Source: the human T2T-CHM13v2.0 reference genome, Homo sapiens. From it: a stretch of DNA of 64,000 nt. A program made the translations under genes and the position numbers. The notes below the pieces were generated by a model, which worked only from the letters and a program-made list of their open reading frames with translations, did not search any database and had not been told where the DNA came from. This document shows, one piece after another, positions 1 to 13,367 of the stretch. The stretch lies in NCBI RefSeq assembly GCF_009914755.1, contig NC_060927.1. One strand, given 5' to 3'. How positions within the stretch are numbered: position 1 is the stretch's first letter; each line of letters starts with the position of its first letter.

Positions 1-2221
1 AAAGAAAGGGAATTACAGAATCTAACGACAACTGAAACAATTTCAGTGCTAAGCATTGATTATTATAGAGACAGAATAAAGAGGAAAAAACTTAATCGTA
101 AGACTTCGCAAAGGAACCTTACCATTCTTCTCACCCTTGCCAACAAAACCTATTTTTCTCCCACAAAACCTGGACTATGAGATTCTAGCATTTCACTTGG
201 CACAATCACCTTTAAGTATCAACATTAACTTCCTTCACTTCTCCTCTAAATACAAGATTTTGAATATCAGTACGAGAGCCCATGGCTAATTCTAGGAAGT
301 CACTCATTGTAGAAATGGCATATAATTGCTGTGCTGGCCAGTGCAAAGAGGATATGCTTATTACTAGAGAAGATAGTCCTCTTTCCAAGAGGAATCTGAG
401 ACAAATGATGCTTCCATGTATAGAAACAATAAAAGAGCGAAGGTATTTTGCAAATAAAGTTGTCCATTGAGTAGACTCATTGCTAAATGCAGAAAGCATG
501 TATCTCACTATGGGGAAACACTGAGACCTCTTTCAACTCTCCCTACACTGAAGCAACATAAAAAGTTTCTGTCCAAAGTCCCAATCACCAGCAATATGGA
601 ACACAGCAAAAGTCATTTACAGTCTTATTCCATACATGATATATTCTACATTAAGAATAAAATAACTCATTACATTGTGAAACCTAGAATGGAATCCAAA
701 CCAGCTTAACTGCATTATCTTGTGACATTCACCCATTACTATTGATTGATCAAAGTGTTTTCTTTGTCTGCATGCTGAGCTAACACAGATTAATTACTCC
801 ATGATCCGTTTAAAATTAAATCAAAGAAGGCTCCATTATAATTGGTCAGACATAACATGAAGGCAGGGAAAGGAGTAGCAGTGGTTAATGCCCTGTATGC
901 TTAATTTATTTTTCTAAAAAAACATGCTGAATTTAACCTCCCCTCAAAATCAAGTAACTATAATGCTGAAAGATGACATTTTTTTATTTGCTGTATGTCT
1001 TGTTCAGAATACTGCATATAAGAGAAATTTCATTTCTAAGATCTCTAGGGCTTGCTGAGGAATGACTTTTATCAGCATTCTTCAAAATACATTTCATGTA
1101 AGGGTACGTTGATATAAAATTTTTAAAGAAAACTCTTTGAAAATGAAAAAGAGCATAAATAGCTTGGATGGTTTAAAAAAATGCACTTATCCTCTCTGAG
1201 GAAAAAAAAAATCATTTGTCCTGATGTATACTGGACCCTAGTCTTTCTTTTCAGATTCCATTGGGTAGCAGTCATTTCTTTTGATAGGATTTACCAGTAT
1301 CTCCAACTAGGGGAAGGTCCTAATTAATCCACATCTATAAAGGTAATCCTATGCATCTTGTTTGTTTAAGATAAACTAGGTCTATACCAATCAATTAATA
1401 ATAATTCTCTGGCCACAGAGATTTCATGAATGTTGTTCAGTGGCATCCACACTATCCTGCTGAGTAGTGTAAGTTTGCTTCAGGCAGCCTCCTATCCATG
1501 GCCACAAGAGAAACCAATCTAAGAATGAAGCCAGTAACACTGTAAATGGCAGAGCGAAAAGTGAAGAAAAATCTAGTTCTTGATGAAAGAGTTGTACCAC
1601 TCGACCAGCCCACCCTGAAGTTCGGTCTACGTCTGGATTTTCCAATAAAATGAATCACGTTATCCCCTGGTGTTTAAGCCAGGCTGAGTCATATTTTCTG
1701 AAATTCTGCCCAAAAGTATCCTAACCACTATGCAACATGTATTGCTCAATTGTTCACAGAGCCTATAGTCAGAGAATAATAAACTGAACCTTAAAGACTG
1801 CTGGGTATTCAAGCATATTTTTATTTGTCTAAATATGAAGAAGTAAAGAAGAGTCACATGAAGAAGATAAGATGATTTTTAGGAATAGTAACTAATGGGG
1901 ACTCCTGGGCCCAATGTTTGCTACTATGTCATTATCACAAGCCAACCTTATCACTGCTGAGAATGGTAAGAACATTGCACCTCATTATTGGGATCACTAT
2001 GAGTTTCCAAGTTTGAGTTTTGAACCTCAATCATAGAAGAGATTGCAACCTTAGTGTTTTAGAATTTGAAAAGAACTAAGCAAAATGTGTATGAGAAAAA
2101 ATATAAACATATTCATATATTATTTAAGATTATTTTATTAAATGATAACCTAAGCTTTTACTGGAAAACTAAAAAGTCAACAGAGAAGAGAACAGGTACC
2201 GTGGTAAAGAAAAACAGTATG

Positions 2222-2524
2222 AGCCGGACGTGGTGGCTCATGCCTGTAATCCTAGCACTTTGGGAGGCCAAGGCAGGAAGATCGCTTGAGGTCAGGGGTT
2301 CGAGACCAGCCTGACCAACATGGAGACAACCTGTCTGTAATATAAATACAAAAATTAGCTGGACGTGGTGGTACATGCCTGTAATCCCAGCTACTCAGGA
2401 GGCTGAGGCATGAGAATGACTTGAAACTGGGAGGTGGATGTTGCAATGAGCCAAGATCGCATCAGTGCACGCCAGCCTGGGCAACAAAACGGGATTCCGT
2501 CTCAAAAAACAAAAAACAAAAAAA
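2222..2524 (+). mobile_element. AluS (Sp/Sq-like), full length, inserted into a MIR
   Basis: Both Alu arms, A-rich linker, A/C tail; degenerate TSD AAGAAAAACAGTATG / AAAAGAACAGCATG. Confidence 0.95.
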
Positions 2525-2529
2525 GAACA

Positions 2530-2720
2530 GCATGGAGTATGAATCTTGAGACATGGTTAAATTCCTCTCTGCCTTTTAGCTGTGTGATCTTGTGCTGTTT
2601 ACTTAAACTTTCTGAGGCACTCCCTTCAGCAGTAAAACAAAATAATAATAAAATTTTCAAAAGCTATTAAAAGGATGATATTAGATAATATAAAAAAGCT
2701 TAATAAAATATTTATTATTC
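2530..2720 (+). mobile_element. MIR remnant (5' piece at ~2195-2220 split off by the Alu)
   Basis: MIR core-like AGCTGTGTGATCTTG...ACTTAAACTTTCTGAG. Confidence 0.65.
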
Positions 2721-2799
2721 ACATATGATTTCCACAAAATGAATAGTATTTAACCTAGTTGGAAAGATAAAATGTGCATGGTAAAACACTGATTCATTT

Positions 2800-3430
2800 C
2801 CTTGTTCGAGGCTGCCAACTTTCCATTGTCTGAAGAATAAAGTCCAAATATTTTAGAATAGAATTTATAGTCTTCTACAACTTACAACCTGGCTTCAATA
2901 TATGTTTCCAGCTTCACCTCCTACTACTCATCTTTACAAGTTCTGCATGCCAGTAACCCTGCCGTCCAGCATTCCTAGACACCTCATTCTCAGCACCCCT
3001 TATGTTAGCCACTTACATATCTTGGCTCTTGTTATTCCTCCTTGAAGAATACTCCTTCTCTGCCTACCTAACATCTACCTATGTCTTTTAATACATTATT
3101 ACTATTTACAATTTTTTTAATGGACTACTATACCTAAAGCCCAGTTCAAATGCCCCCTCTTTCCTGGGGATTCATATACCACCACTAGCTGTCATCCTTC
3201 ATTCTCTAAACTTCCACAGCCCTTGATTTGTAACTTGCTTGCTCTTAAAAGCGAAACCAAACAAAATGAAAACGTATTATACAACAGCCACACGTAAAAA
3301 AAATGTCTAATGTCTCTTACTGAAGTGTAAAGGCTTTATGAACAGAATTATGCCTGATACGGTTTTATTTCCTCAAGATGCTAAAATGAGATAATTCACA
3401 AATATTATAGTAAATATCAGTTCAATAAAT
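2800..3430 (+). mobile_element. L2 3' fragment
   Basis: L2-like AGAATAAAGTCCAAA and CCCAGTTCAAATGCCCCCTCTT segments ending near TCAATAAAT. Confidence 0.55.
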
Positions 3431-4140
3431 AAACGAAAATAATAGAAGGAGAAAATATGGTATAGGGGAATTCGTGTTACAAGCTATTTGTGTAAATGAG
3501 AGAAGAATTCAAAGCAGAGAATGATCATTCCAGCATGAATTGCCAAGTAGAAGTGTAGCTGAGGTGGAGTTTGAAGGAAGGTTACTATTTGGATGCATTA
3601 AAAGGAAGTGGAAAGGCGTTCCAGCTAGAAAAAATATATAAGCAGTACCCTAGAAGAAAAAAAATGTATTTTATTTGTGGTAAAGGTAGAGAAGTAACCC
3701 ATCTAACAATCACATGGGCTGTGCCACACATCAATAGAAAATAAAAATTGCTGTAAGGTTTAACAGGCGTATTGCTGTACATATGAAGGAGACATTATGC
3801 TCTTGAGAAGTCACTTGTGGCATAATATACATTATAAAGAACAAATGTTAATTATATGTGACTGATCAATATAAAAAAAATTGTAGGATATTAAAGGTAA
3901 ATCCAAGAATTTGAGCCTGAAAGATTGGGGAACTGATTTTATCCCTGATAGCAATGAAGACTAGCCACAGAGGCCCAGTTAAGTAGATGAAATAGCAAAC
4001 TCTATTTTGGTCTTGAATCAAAGAGAAGGGCACTTTGGGGACAGGTGATACTGTTAAAGCCAGTGTTTTTCTGAGAGAGTACTCTCTATTATCACCACTT
4101 AGGTGCAAAGATTCTGATCTCTATGCAAAAGAACACTCAA

Positions 4141-4208
4141 CAACTGGATGCTCTTTTAATCCAATAGAGATCCTTCCATTTTCCTAAAAAAAAAAAAAAA
4201 AAAAAAAA
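4141..4208 (+). pseudogene. Very short polyadenylated retroposed insert of unknown source
   Basis: 45-nt unique segment plus A23 run, flanked by AAAAGAACACTCAA (4127-4140) and AAAAGAACATCAA (4205-4217); AATAGA ends 17 nt before the A-run. Confidence 0.55.
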
Positions 4209-4841
4209 GAACATCAATTTGTATTAATCTAGAGCTTGCTCTAGAACCTGATATAAACATAGACTCTGAAATTCCACACAGACCCTTCAGTCAGTGCATG
4301 ATAAAATATGCTGATTACAGCTCGCATATCCCCACAAAAAGCAAAATACAGCCTGTTGTTCTACCTTATTATTCTATTATTGACATATTCATAATATACA
4401 GCAGTTAACTTTTAGGATGTGAATATTTCTGTAAGAGGGAATTATCATTTAAACTGTTGCCAAAGTGAATGATCGGCTGTGAGAGGTAGTATAGGAGAAG
4501 AGCAGGTTTCTCTGGGTGAAAAGAGAGGACAGTTGCCATAAAGGTGGGCGGACCTTATGCACTCTCCCAGGCTGAATCGACAGGCCCACATTGCACAGGC
4601 CCAAAGGGCACTATTTCCATTGTATTTATATGAAATGTAATTTCTTGAAACACAATTCCAGAAAGCCATGTGAATGGTGCTCCCGGAACTGTGCAACTTG
4701 TTGGCTATTTTCTAGACCAGAGCTCAGTTCAAAGACAACAATGCATTTTCTAGGAGTTTCATCTCTTTATTTGTATTTTTAATTTAAGTCTACATGTTTC
4801 AAGATTGGTCTACAGCCCCACCCTCCATAATCAATGCCTGG

Positions 4842-4978
4842 ATTTTAAATTTTATATGTGTACACATAAATTTTAAAATTTTAAATTTTATATGTGTACA
4901 CATAAATTTTAAAATTTTAAATTTTATATGTGTACACATAAATTTTAAAATTTTAAATTTTATATGTATACACATAAA
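4842..4978. repeat. 36-bp AT-rich minisatellite, ~3.8 copies
   Basis: Unit ATTTTAAATTTTATATGTGTACACATAAATTTTAAA at 4842, 4878, 4914, partial at 4950; visible as the ILNFICVHINFK repeat in the ORF track. Confidence 0.95.
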
Positions 4979-6033
4979 CATCCATCTATCTGTATGTATT
5001 ATATCTATAAACAGGTGTGCATGTGTGCATAAGTATATTTATCTATTATTTAGAAGTAGACATATTCTAAGGCATCTGAGCAATGACTTTATTGACTTTA
5101 TGGAGACTAATTATTGCCACAAAATTTTGAAACGAATGTTTCTGGTTTGTATTATATGTTTCACTCCAATAAAGTTAAGATTAAATCACTGTGAATTGAA
5201 GAAATAATTGTTTGAGGTAGTTCAAATTGAGAAAATGGAGTAATCACCAGACTTTTGAAAAGTTAAATATTAATGCTTCGACAGTAAGAAGACATTTTAC
5301 TTAGCAGGCATACGTCTTTCAGAAATCCCAGCTCTAGGAATACCATTGTTAGAATAATTCATTCATAGTAAGACTAAATAGCAAATATTCAACAAGAAAT
5401 TTATCTGTTCCCAATTCCAGCAATTAGTTGATAAAACATTTTAATGTAGTTTTCAGTAATGCTGTCTTATTAACTGTCTTCCAAAATTTTTTTTAGTGAT
5501 ATCATTACATTTAGCATTTTAGGATTTCTAGCAGGCAAACATTTAGTTAAGTATGAAGTCTAATTACCCTTAAGTAAAAAAACCAAGAAATTAGTAATAT
5601 AATTTTATTCAACATACTTATGTGAACAGATTCTCTGTATAAGTATTATTGAAATAAAAGCATAGAAACATTAAATATATAACTGCATCTGAACTGAGAT
5701 AATTTTATGTCATTAAACATTAAATTAATATTGCTAATTTAGATTGAATTGTCTCTGTATAGACTTGTTTATAATTTAATTTGTAAATTATCTAGTTTCA
5801 TCATTTTGTACGCACTATAAACAAGAGAATTTTATGCCATATACGTGCATATATAATACGTAGTAAAAATAACCTAAGTTGACAGTGGATGGCCATTAAT
5901 ACGGTTTTTCATTATAAAAAGTGAGTCCTTTACCTAAGTTCGAGGAACACTGCTCCAGAAGATCTAGGTCCAAAGAATACAGCACCAAACCAACACATCC
6001 AGGACATAAGCCTTTCAAGTCCTTTTATGCAGT

Positions 6034-6660
6034 GATCCATCCATTCATATTTATTGAATGCCTCCTGTGTGTTAGACACTGGAGTTATATATCAATGAGC
6101 AAGACAGACGTTTCTTATCCTCAAGTAGTTTACACTCAAATGAGTGAGACAGATAATTAACATGAAAGCAAATAGTTTTTTTTTTAATTCAAATTGCATT
6201 CAGTGTATGAATGGTCCTGTGGCAAACAGAGTAACTGGGAGGACCAGTTGGTATTAAATAATCATCCGTGGGAGCCTCTTGGAGAGCATATTGCTTCAGA
6301 TGAGGCCTTGATGAAAGAATGAGCCATGTAAAAACAAAGAGTGAACACGGATGGCAAGGGGAAATGTTGCAGAAGAGGGAACAAAAAATTAAAAGCCTCT
6401 AGTGTCGGAAAAGTTTGGCATAGCCTAGGAAGTAAAAGAAGAATACTGTGGCTCGAAAATTGTGAGCAGGAGGAAGAAGAGCATGAGACAAGGTCACAGA
6501 GGTAAGCAAGACACCCTGTTCAGGGCCTTGAAGGCCATGTTAAAGTGTTCTTCTTTCATTCTGAGTGGAATGGGAAGACATTGAGGAGTACAAGCAGTAG
6601 ACAAACATGATATAATTTATATTTTGAGAACATCAGGCTACAGTGGGTAAGATGGCTAGA
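6034..6660 (-). mobile_element. L2 (L2a-like) 3' fragment
   Basis: CATTCATATTTATTGAATGCCTCCTGTGTG...CAGGGCCTTGAAGGCCATGTTAAAG, typical antisense L2. Confidence 0.8.
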
Positions 6661-6719
6661 TGTGTCATGAATAAACACTGAACACTCATAGATGGACAAG
6701 GATACGACCTCTTTTATTC

Positions 6720-7100
6720 AGAGCCAAAACTGTCTTAAAAGGAACTAGAGCCAAGACTGTGTTTACAAGTGTGTTTTATATGTTTTAATTTGAGTTGCCA
6801 AAATTATTAAAATCATGAGATTTCACTTAAAATATCTGGATTTCCTCCTGCATCTTTGGATTTGTTTTACTATTATTATTATTATTATTTTCTGGAAGAT
6901 CCAGTAACATTGAGCCTGCAGTCCTGCCTAGAACCAACTGGCTGGAGCTGAGTAGTAGCTGGTTAATTTCCCCATTTGGAAAGTGCTGTGATTTCATATT
7001 TGTCACATTTCTTCCAAATCCCCTACTGCCTAAGAACTAGCCTACCTCATTCACTTTTCTTACTTGTTGGCTACAGCTAGATGCATTTATTATTTTCTAC
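6720..7100. mobile_element. MER102-like hAT-Charlie DNA transposon
   Basis: TTTGAGTTGCCAA...GAGATTTCAC...CTGGATTTC and GGCTGGAGCTGAGTAG blocks resemble MER102. Confidence 0.6.
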
Positions 7101-9269
7101 TTCCTCATAGCAACCATAGTAACTAATAACAATCACAGCCCTTGGGAGCTGTTCCTAGTGCCGCTTCGAAACCTTGGTAAAGACTATGCCAACTTGATCT
7201 TTTTTTTCTAAACCTGATCTTAATTCACTTATTAGTCCCAGATGACTTTGTCCGTTGTTTCTCCAAGACCACACCTAGGCATGAAACATCAACTTGTCCT
7301 ATCTCATTGCTCATCCAAGCCTAGTGCTTAGCTTCAGTTCTGTGAGCCATTATCCCAGGTCTCAAGCTCGCCTGTTCGATCATGCTTGTTTCTGAAGACA
7401 TTCACACAGGGCCTCTGCACTATTTACATCTACTGTTCATGTCATTGCTGGACCCTTTGAGGGGCAGGGTATTGTATACAAAATTAAGTGTTTTAGTTGG
7501 CAAAATCGATGCTGCCTAACGTGCTTTGTTTATAATATGTTTATAATGTAAACGTAAAGAATGTACAATCCTAATTGTATTTTATGTGTAACCTCTTGGG
7601 TTGAGATTAACTGAAGCCTGTTTCTAGTTTTATCCCTTTACTCTCATCTGCCTGGAAAGTATGCAATTTAGTCAAATCATGAAAACTAAATGTTTCTAAA
7701 AGAATGTAAGGGTATTAGGTCGGGAATTTTAACTTGTTCATTACTGTAACTCCAGTACCTAGAGTAGTGGGACCTGGGAAGCTTCTCAGTACATATTTTG
7801 TTGAGTAGGAATGAATGCCAGGCTATGAGACATGCAGCACAATATTGTGCTCTGGACATATGAGATGGCTAAATGGAAAACCATGCTCATGCTTGCTGAC
7901 AAGATCTCTAAAATAACAGAAGCATCGTCTATATCACTTTCTTCTCCAAACAACACCAGTTACTTAACTATAAGCTATGGCTTCTGGCTCATATGCTGTT
8001 TTCCTAAGCTATTTATATTATGAATCTATAATATCCCTCAGAATAATAAAATTCTTCATTAATTACCTCTTGATAAAAGTAACTATTGGTTCAATACATA
8101 ATCTTGAAACATACCAATAGATACAATAATTATGAAATTATGAAATATCTGGGGAATATTTCCTAATATGGAAATATAACGTTCATCACTAATAACCACA
8201 TACGAAAATAGAGTTACCTAAATATTGCTTAACCCAGGTCTAAATTGTATCTTCCAATCACAGTCACATTTCTTTCCTCTTCTTCCTCTTCCTGAGCAAA
8301 ACTTCTTGGACGGAAAAGACATTCATCAGACTCAGCATAAAATGAAAATCTCTCAGTCCATTAGCTCCACCTTTATCAATACCACATTGGAAATGACATA
8401 GTTGTGATTCTTTTCTTTCTCTTTCCTTCCATTCAATACAGAAAATGTCAACTCTTGCCAAATTAATTCTACCACCTTATCACCAAACTAAATATTAACA
8501 AACGACCATCAAAGACAAAAGTTATGTTGTGTGAGCCTTAATTGGATGAGAACCTCGTCTTGCTGCTTGCAGGGAGTCAACTGTCAGGAAACGGAATTTA
8601 TAGACTAACCTGATTCCTAAGACTTGTTTAAAACAAAAAGAACCTCAAGAACTTCATATGACCATCTTTCTCTCTGTAGGGCAATACATACTTCGGCTTT
8701 GAAACAACATCTGAATCAATGTGCTATCTTTCTGTGCACTAACTCAACTGATTTCATGACAAATTAATTTGTCAGAAATCAACAACTGCAGGTTAGAGAT
8801 AGAAATAAAGTCACATGAAAGACCAAATTGGGGCTATTTTGGATCTGTTAGCCTTATGATAGGATGCTTTAATTTATGCATCATAGAAATCTCTTTACAC
8901 CACTGCCTGTAATTGCAGCATCTCACAATGCTTGCCTGCGCTCTGGTTTCACTTTATTCTGGAAAAGCTGGTAAAAAGTCACTTTATGTAACTGATGACT
9001 TGCTGGGCCAAAGTAACTTTTAGACATATTATCTAATCATTTTTTAATCTCGTGATATCATTATTATCACAATAATAAAAATAACAATAAAAAGAGCAAA
9101 AATACTACACATAAAAAGACTTAGTGAGTTTCCCATCATCAAATGGAATACTTAATTTTCCCTATACAAATTTCCATTTTTTTTAATTCTCTATGTGAAT
9201 ATAAAATTGCACATTACAAAAAACCCATGCCCCTAATTCATTCTTCACTCCAATGCCGTCATTGCTATA

Positions 9270-9993
9270 GAAGACCCATTTAATGGCCTATCTAAATCCA
9301 TTTCTTTTTCTTCTTTGCCAAGAGAGTCTCAGTTTTCTTCAGAACAACAATGTGCTTAGTCCCAGGTAACTAATCATAATCAACGCAAGCCAAACTTAAT
9401 AATACTATGCCTCACTTCTAGCCAGAAGTCACCTACTTTCGGTAATTAGACTTGGGAAGAAGCCTTTGCAGGGATGTTTGGGAAACTTTTACTCCCCTGA
9501 GGAGAAAGAGAGACTAGGGTGGCAGGCATCACTCTGCCACCCTTTTGCTGCTTTGAATTTAGGCTTCATATCTGGAACTGCAACAACTATCTTGAGACTA
9601 AAAAAGCAAGTCAGAGTATAAATGGCAACACACTAAAGATACCACAGAAAGAGCTCCTAGACACAGAGACGGGAATGACACACACTGGGACCTATCAGAG
9701 GGTGGAGGCTGGGAAGAGGGAGAGGATCAGGAAAAATAACTAATGGGTAACAGGCTTAATACCTGGGCGATGAAATAATCTGTACAACAAACCCCCATGA
9801 CACATGTTTATCTATTTAACAAACCTACACATGTACCCCTGAATTTAAAATAAAAGTTAAAAAAATACTAAGTTCTTTGTGAAATCCAGCAAAATGCCTA
9901 CTTTCAGACTTAGTATTTGAGAAAAATCCATCCTCATTTGATGAAGACACTGAAGTCTGTAACTTACAGTGGAATACTTTTCTAAGTGATACA
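9270..9993 (+). mobile_element. Old MLT1-type MaLR LTR interrupted by an L1
   Basis: CTGGAACTGCAACAACTATCTTGAGAC and CCTACTTTCAGACTT...GATACA terminus. Confidence 0.5.
9659..9865 (+). mobile_element. L1PA (PA13-16-like) 3' end
   Basis: GGGACCTATCAGAGGGTGGAGG...AACCCCCATGACAC...ATGTACCCCTGAATTTAAAATAAAAGTTAAAAAAA. Confidence 0.9.
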
Positions 9994-10239
9994 GTGGTTT
10001 TTTTAGTAGCTCAGGACTTCTAAAGAAAAGTCTCACCTTGTTTCTTGTGTTTCTCTTTAAATCTGCTTTCCACTTTAGCTCTCAAATAGCCACTCAAATT
10101 GCTCACGATTCTCTGAATTCTCTCTGTGGTTCGCTGCAGGATTTTGTAAATGGTTCTACCTCCATCACTGAAGTATTTTGCCATCTTTATTTTTCTTCAT
10201 CAAAAGTTATGTTAGTACAGGTGTATTTCATGACTCAGT

Positions 10240-10910
10240 AAGTCTACCCCTAGTAATGTTTCAATAAGAAATGCATATATATGTTTATATTACACATATG
10301 TGTGTATGGATATTGTATACAAACATATATAAACATATAAGTGTGTATGTATACATGTGTATGTATGTGTATACACACATATGTATACATTCACAAATAT
10401 ACACATTTATATACATATATACACATACGTACACATATACATATATATATATTTACCAAAAAGACAGAGATTGATCATAGAAAACACTATTCATAAAAAC
10501 CCCAAACTGAAAACAACTCAAATGGACATGAGTGGTAAAAAGGATAATGTGTGGTATGTTTATAGCACTGAAAATGAACAAATTGCAACTATAGCCACAT
10601 GCAACAATAAGGATAGATCTCACAAACATAACACAAAGCAAAGCACCTAGGATTAAAAGAAGATGTACTGTATTATTTCATTGATTCAAGTTTTCAAACA
10701 GGCACCTAATCGATGGTGTCATCGCAAGATAATTGCTGCCCTTGGGGAGGGCAGTGACTGGAAGAAGGAACAAGTAGAGCTACCAGGATGCTGGGAATGT
10801 TCTGTTTTCTAATCTACGTCATAGTCACATGGTTGTGTTCACTCTGTGAAATTACACCACACTGTATATCTATGATTCGTGCATTCCTCTGTATGTGATA
10901 TTTAAAGAAA
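10240..10910 (+). mobile_element. L1M (MC/ME-like) 3' fragment containing a mixed TA/CA/TG microsatellite (~10272-10452)
   Basis: CCCAAACTGAAAACAACTCAAATG...CAGTGACTGGAAG...GGATGCTGGGAATGTTCTGTTTTCT, old L1 3' motifs. Confidence 0.75.
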
Positions 10911-11334
10911 TTGTTTTCCAAAGCAAAAAAGTTTACTCAGGCCAAAGAATTATCATTAACATAAACACATTTCTTCTACAACCCTTCCTTTGGTTCCTTC
11001 TTCACTTCTATTTAACCTTTTTCTCTCTTATTCCTCCATAGAATTTTGTCTACACTTACCATGTAACAGATATCCCAAGATGCTTTGTATTACAATGTTT
11101 GTATATGTAAACACCTCTTCTCCCCATAAGACCATGACCTCTCTGATGGCAAGGATCTCATCTGTGCTATGTCATACTGCAATGCACCAGATAGATCAGT
11201 AATCATCTTTGAAGGGAGTTTTACTTCAAAATAGCTTTCTATAAAACATAGGTACCAAAAATCAGCTGTTTTGTGTGCTTTTGCATTTTTGAGTTTTCAT
11301 AACCTAATATCATGAAGTTTTGCAATTCTTAAGG

Positions 11335-11570
11335 CAGCTGTAGTGTAGAAGACTCATTGGATGAAAAATGTGATGAACTTATTTACAAGCCTTCACTTGA
11401 CACCACCTTTAGCTGTGGAAACTAATACAGGCAACTTTACCTCTTAGATCTGCAATATCTTCATCTAAATTATGGAGATAATCATGTCTGCCTCACAAAA
11501 TTGCTATGTATCTCAAGAGACTTAATGTATATGATGTTACATAAACTCTGAAACTGTATATAAACTACAA
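11335..11570 (+). mobile_element. MIR
   Basis: TTCATCTAAATTATGGAGATAATCATGTCTGCCTCACA, MIR 3' core. Confidence 0.6.
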
Positions 11571-12767
11571 GCATTGTTCTCCATCGTCTTCCAGTAGTAT
11601 TTCCTAGCCTTTTTCATGTCATGTCACACCTAGAAAATTATAATTATTGTACAATACACTAGAGTAAAATAACAAGGCTTCTTAGAGCTGGAGGACAGGT
11701 AATTATGCACACTGGCTAGAAAGCACTAGAAAACCATGAATTTACTAAAATGAAAAATTCTCGCTCAGATAGGATCAAGGTATTGTGTCTCTCAAGCAAC
11801 ATGCATTAAGTTGAGCTCAAACACAATGGTAGGTGTACAAGACAGATTGCTCCCATCACCATTGGGATCAAAACAGGAGTGTCATTCATCATGTAAGAGT
11901 ATTCATACTACAGACTTAAATCTCCTAAACTGAATTTGGAATGTTTATCTAGGTTTGTATGGACTTTTTGGTGGCATCGCAGGAAGAAAAACTTTATAAA
12001 GGACACTTTGTTTGTATCTTACATATCTAATGAGAATAAATTTGTAAACACCTGATCAATACTTAAGAAGGAATGAAATAATTATTTTGCACATTTTCTT
12101 AATCACTTTTTCTAGCCAAAAGATTCATATCATTAGTTAATATATAATTGTAACCTGATTCATTCATGTTTCTAACAAATTAGTTTCCAGTTCTTTCCTA
12201 TTTCCTCCACCCTTATGGAGAAAGAAAAAAATATATAAAAATGACATACACACACACACGCAAAGGTAGGGATTGATGTTTTTTTCTCTTAAATTACTGA
12301 GATATTAGTAGTCAGATGGGGAGGGTGGAGAAGAAGAAATTATTATTACACATTGCAGAGTTTTTTGAAACAGTCTCATTTCCTCAGCAATTCCCAAAGC
12401 ACGGTATACAAAATTATCTTAGTTGACACACAGATGAAACTGTTAAAAAAAAGTATGGTTATATTAAAGTAATTATTTTTATAGTAGAAAAAACAGCATG
12501 CTAAACTTGTGATTTTACAGACACCATTACTAGGACAAAGCTTAATTAATTTTTAGATACGTTGATTAAAAGAGAAAGGATCACACCGATATAACACAAT
12601 TCTTCAAGAGGTGCAAGAATTTCTAGTTTTGGGCTACTGTGTTAGTTGATATTTGCTCCTCACATGTCACTAGGTGTGAGAAAAGCCTCCTTAATGGTGC
12701 TTTCCTCTGGGTCAGTTCCAAAATTTTTCCAATTTATACACAGGATGGTAGAGATAAGAAGTGATGA

Positions 12768-12913
12768 TGCCTCCCAAGTAGCTGGGACCACAGGCATGTG
12801 CTATCATGCCTGGTTAATTTTTGTAATTTTTTTTTTTTTTTTTTTTTTTAGAGACAGGGTTTCACCATGTTGGCCAGGCTCATCTTGAACTCCTGGGCTC
12901 AAGTAATCCACCC
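12768..12913 (-). mobile_element. AluJ-like internal fragment truncated at both ends
   Basis: GCCTCCCAAGTAGCTGGGACCACAGG...CTCCTGGGCTCAAGTAATCCACCC; no 5' end and no tail. Confidence 0.85.
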
Positions 12914-13367
12914 TTATTTTTAGGAAAACTTAGAAATAGTCATCTCAATGTGTAATCATGGGAATTACAAATTTAGGAGACAAATGGAAATATAAAGAGT
13001 CAGAGTATGCCTTGGCCAATGACAGCAGGAGTCCAGGGTCTCAGTCTAGGTGCTGAGACTGTGTGCCTTTAGCAGATTTCTTCCTTGAACCTCAGCTTGC
13101 TCATCTGTGAAAGGACTAAATTATCTCTAAAGATTCTCTCTGCAACATCAATCTGTGAGTCTACATATAAAACATTAACTCTGCATTAGGAGCACAGTTA
13201 GCTGTTAAGTATGTCAAATGGACTTCTTCTTAACTAAGTGGCCCATAAATTAAATTCTTGCTTCTTCCACCCAATTTATGCACTTATCCAAGTCTATGTG
13301 CTAAGGGTTTTATTATTTTATAGCAAATTTTACCACTCAAAGGAAGACATAAGAAGGCCTCAAAGAA

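Noticed and set aside
212-1857. Several short ORFs at the window start
   Set aside because: No consistent exon boundaries or recognisable protein
4794-5207. 137-aa ORF with ILNFICVHINFK repeats
   Set aside because: Translation of the 36-bp minisatellite
4061-5952. Possible hAT-Charlie ends (CAGTGTTTTTC at 4061, GAGGAACACTG near 5950)
   Set aside because: Too degenerate to delimit by eye
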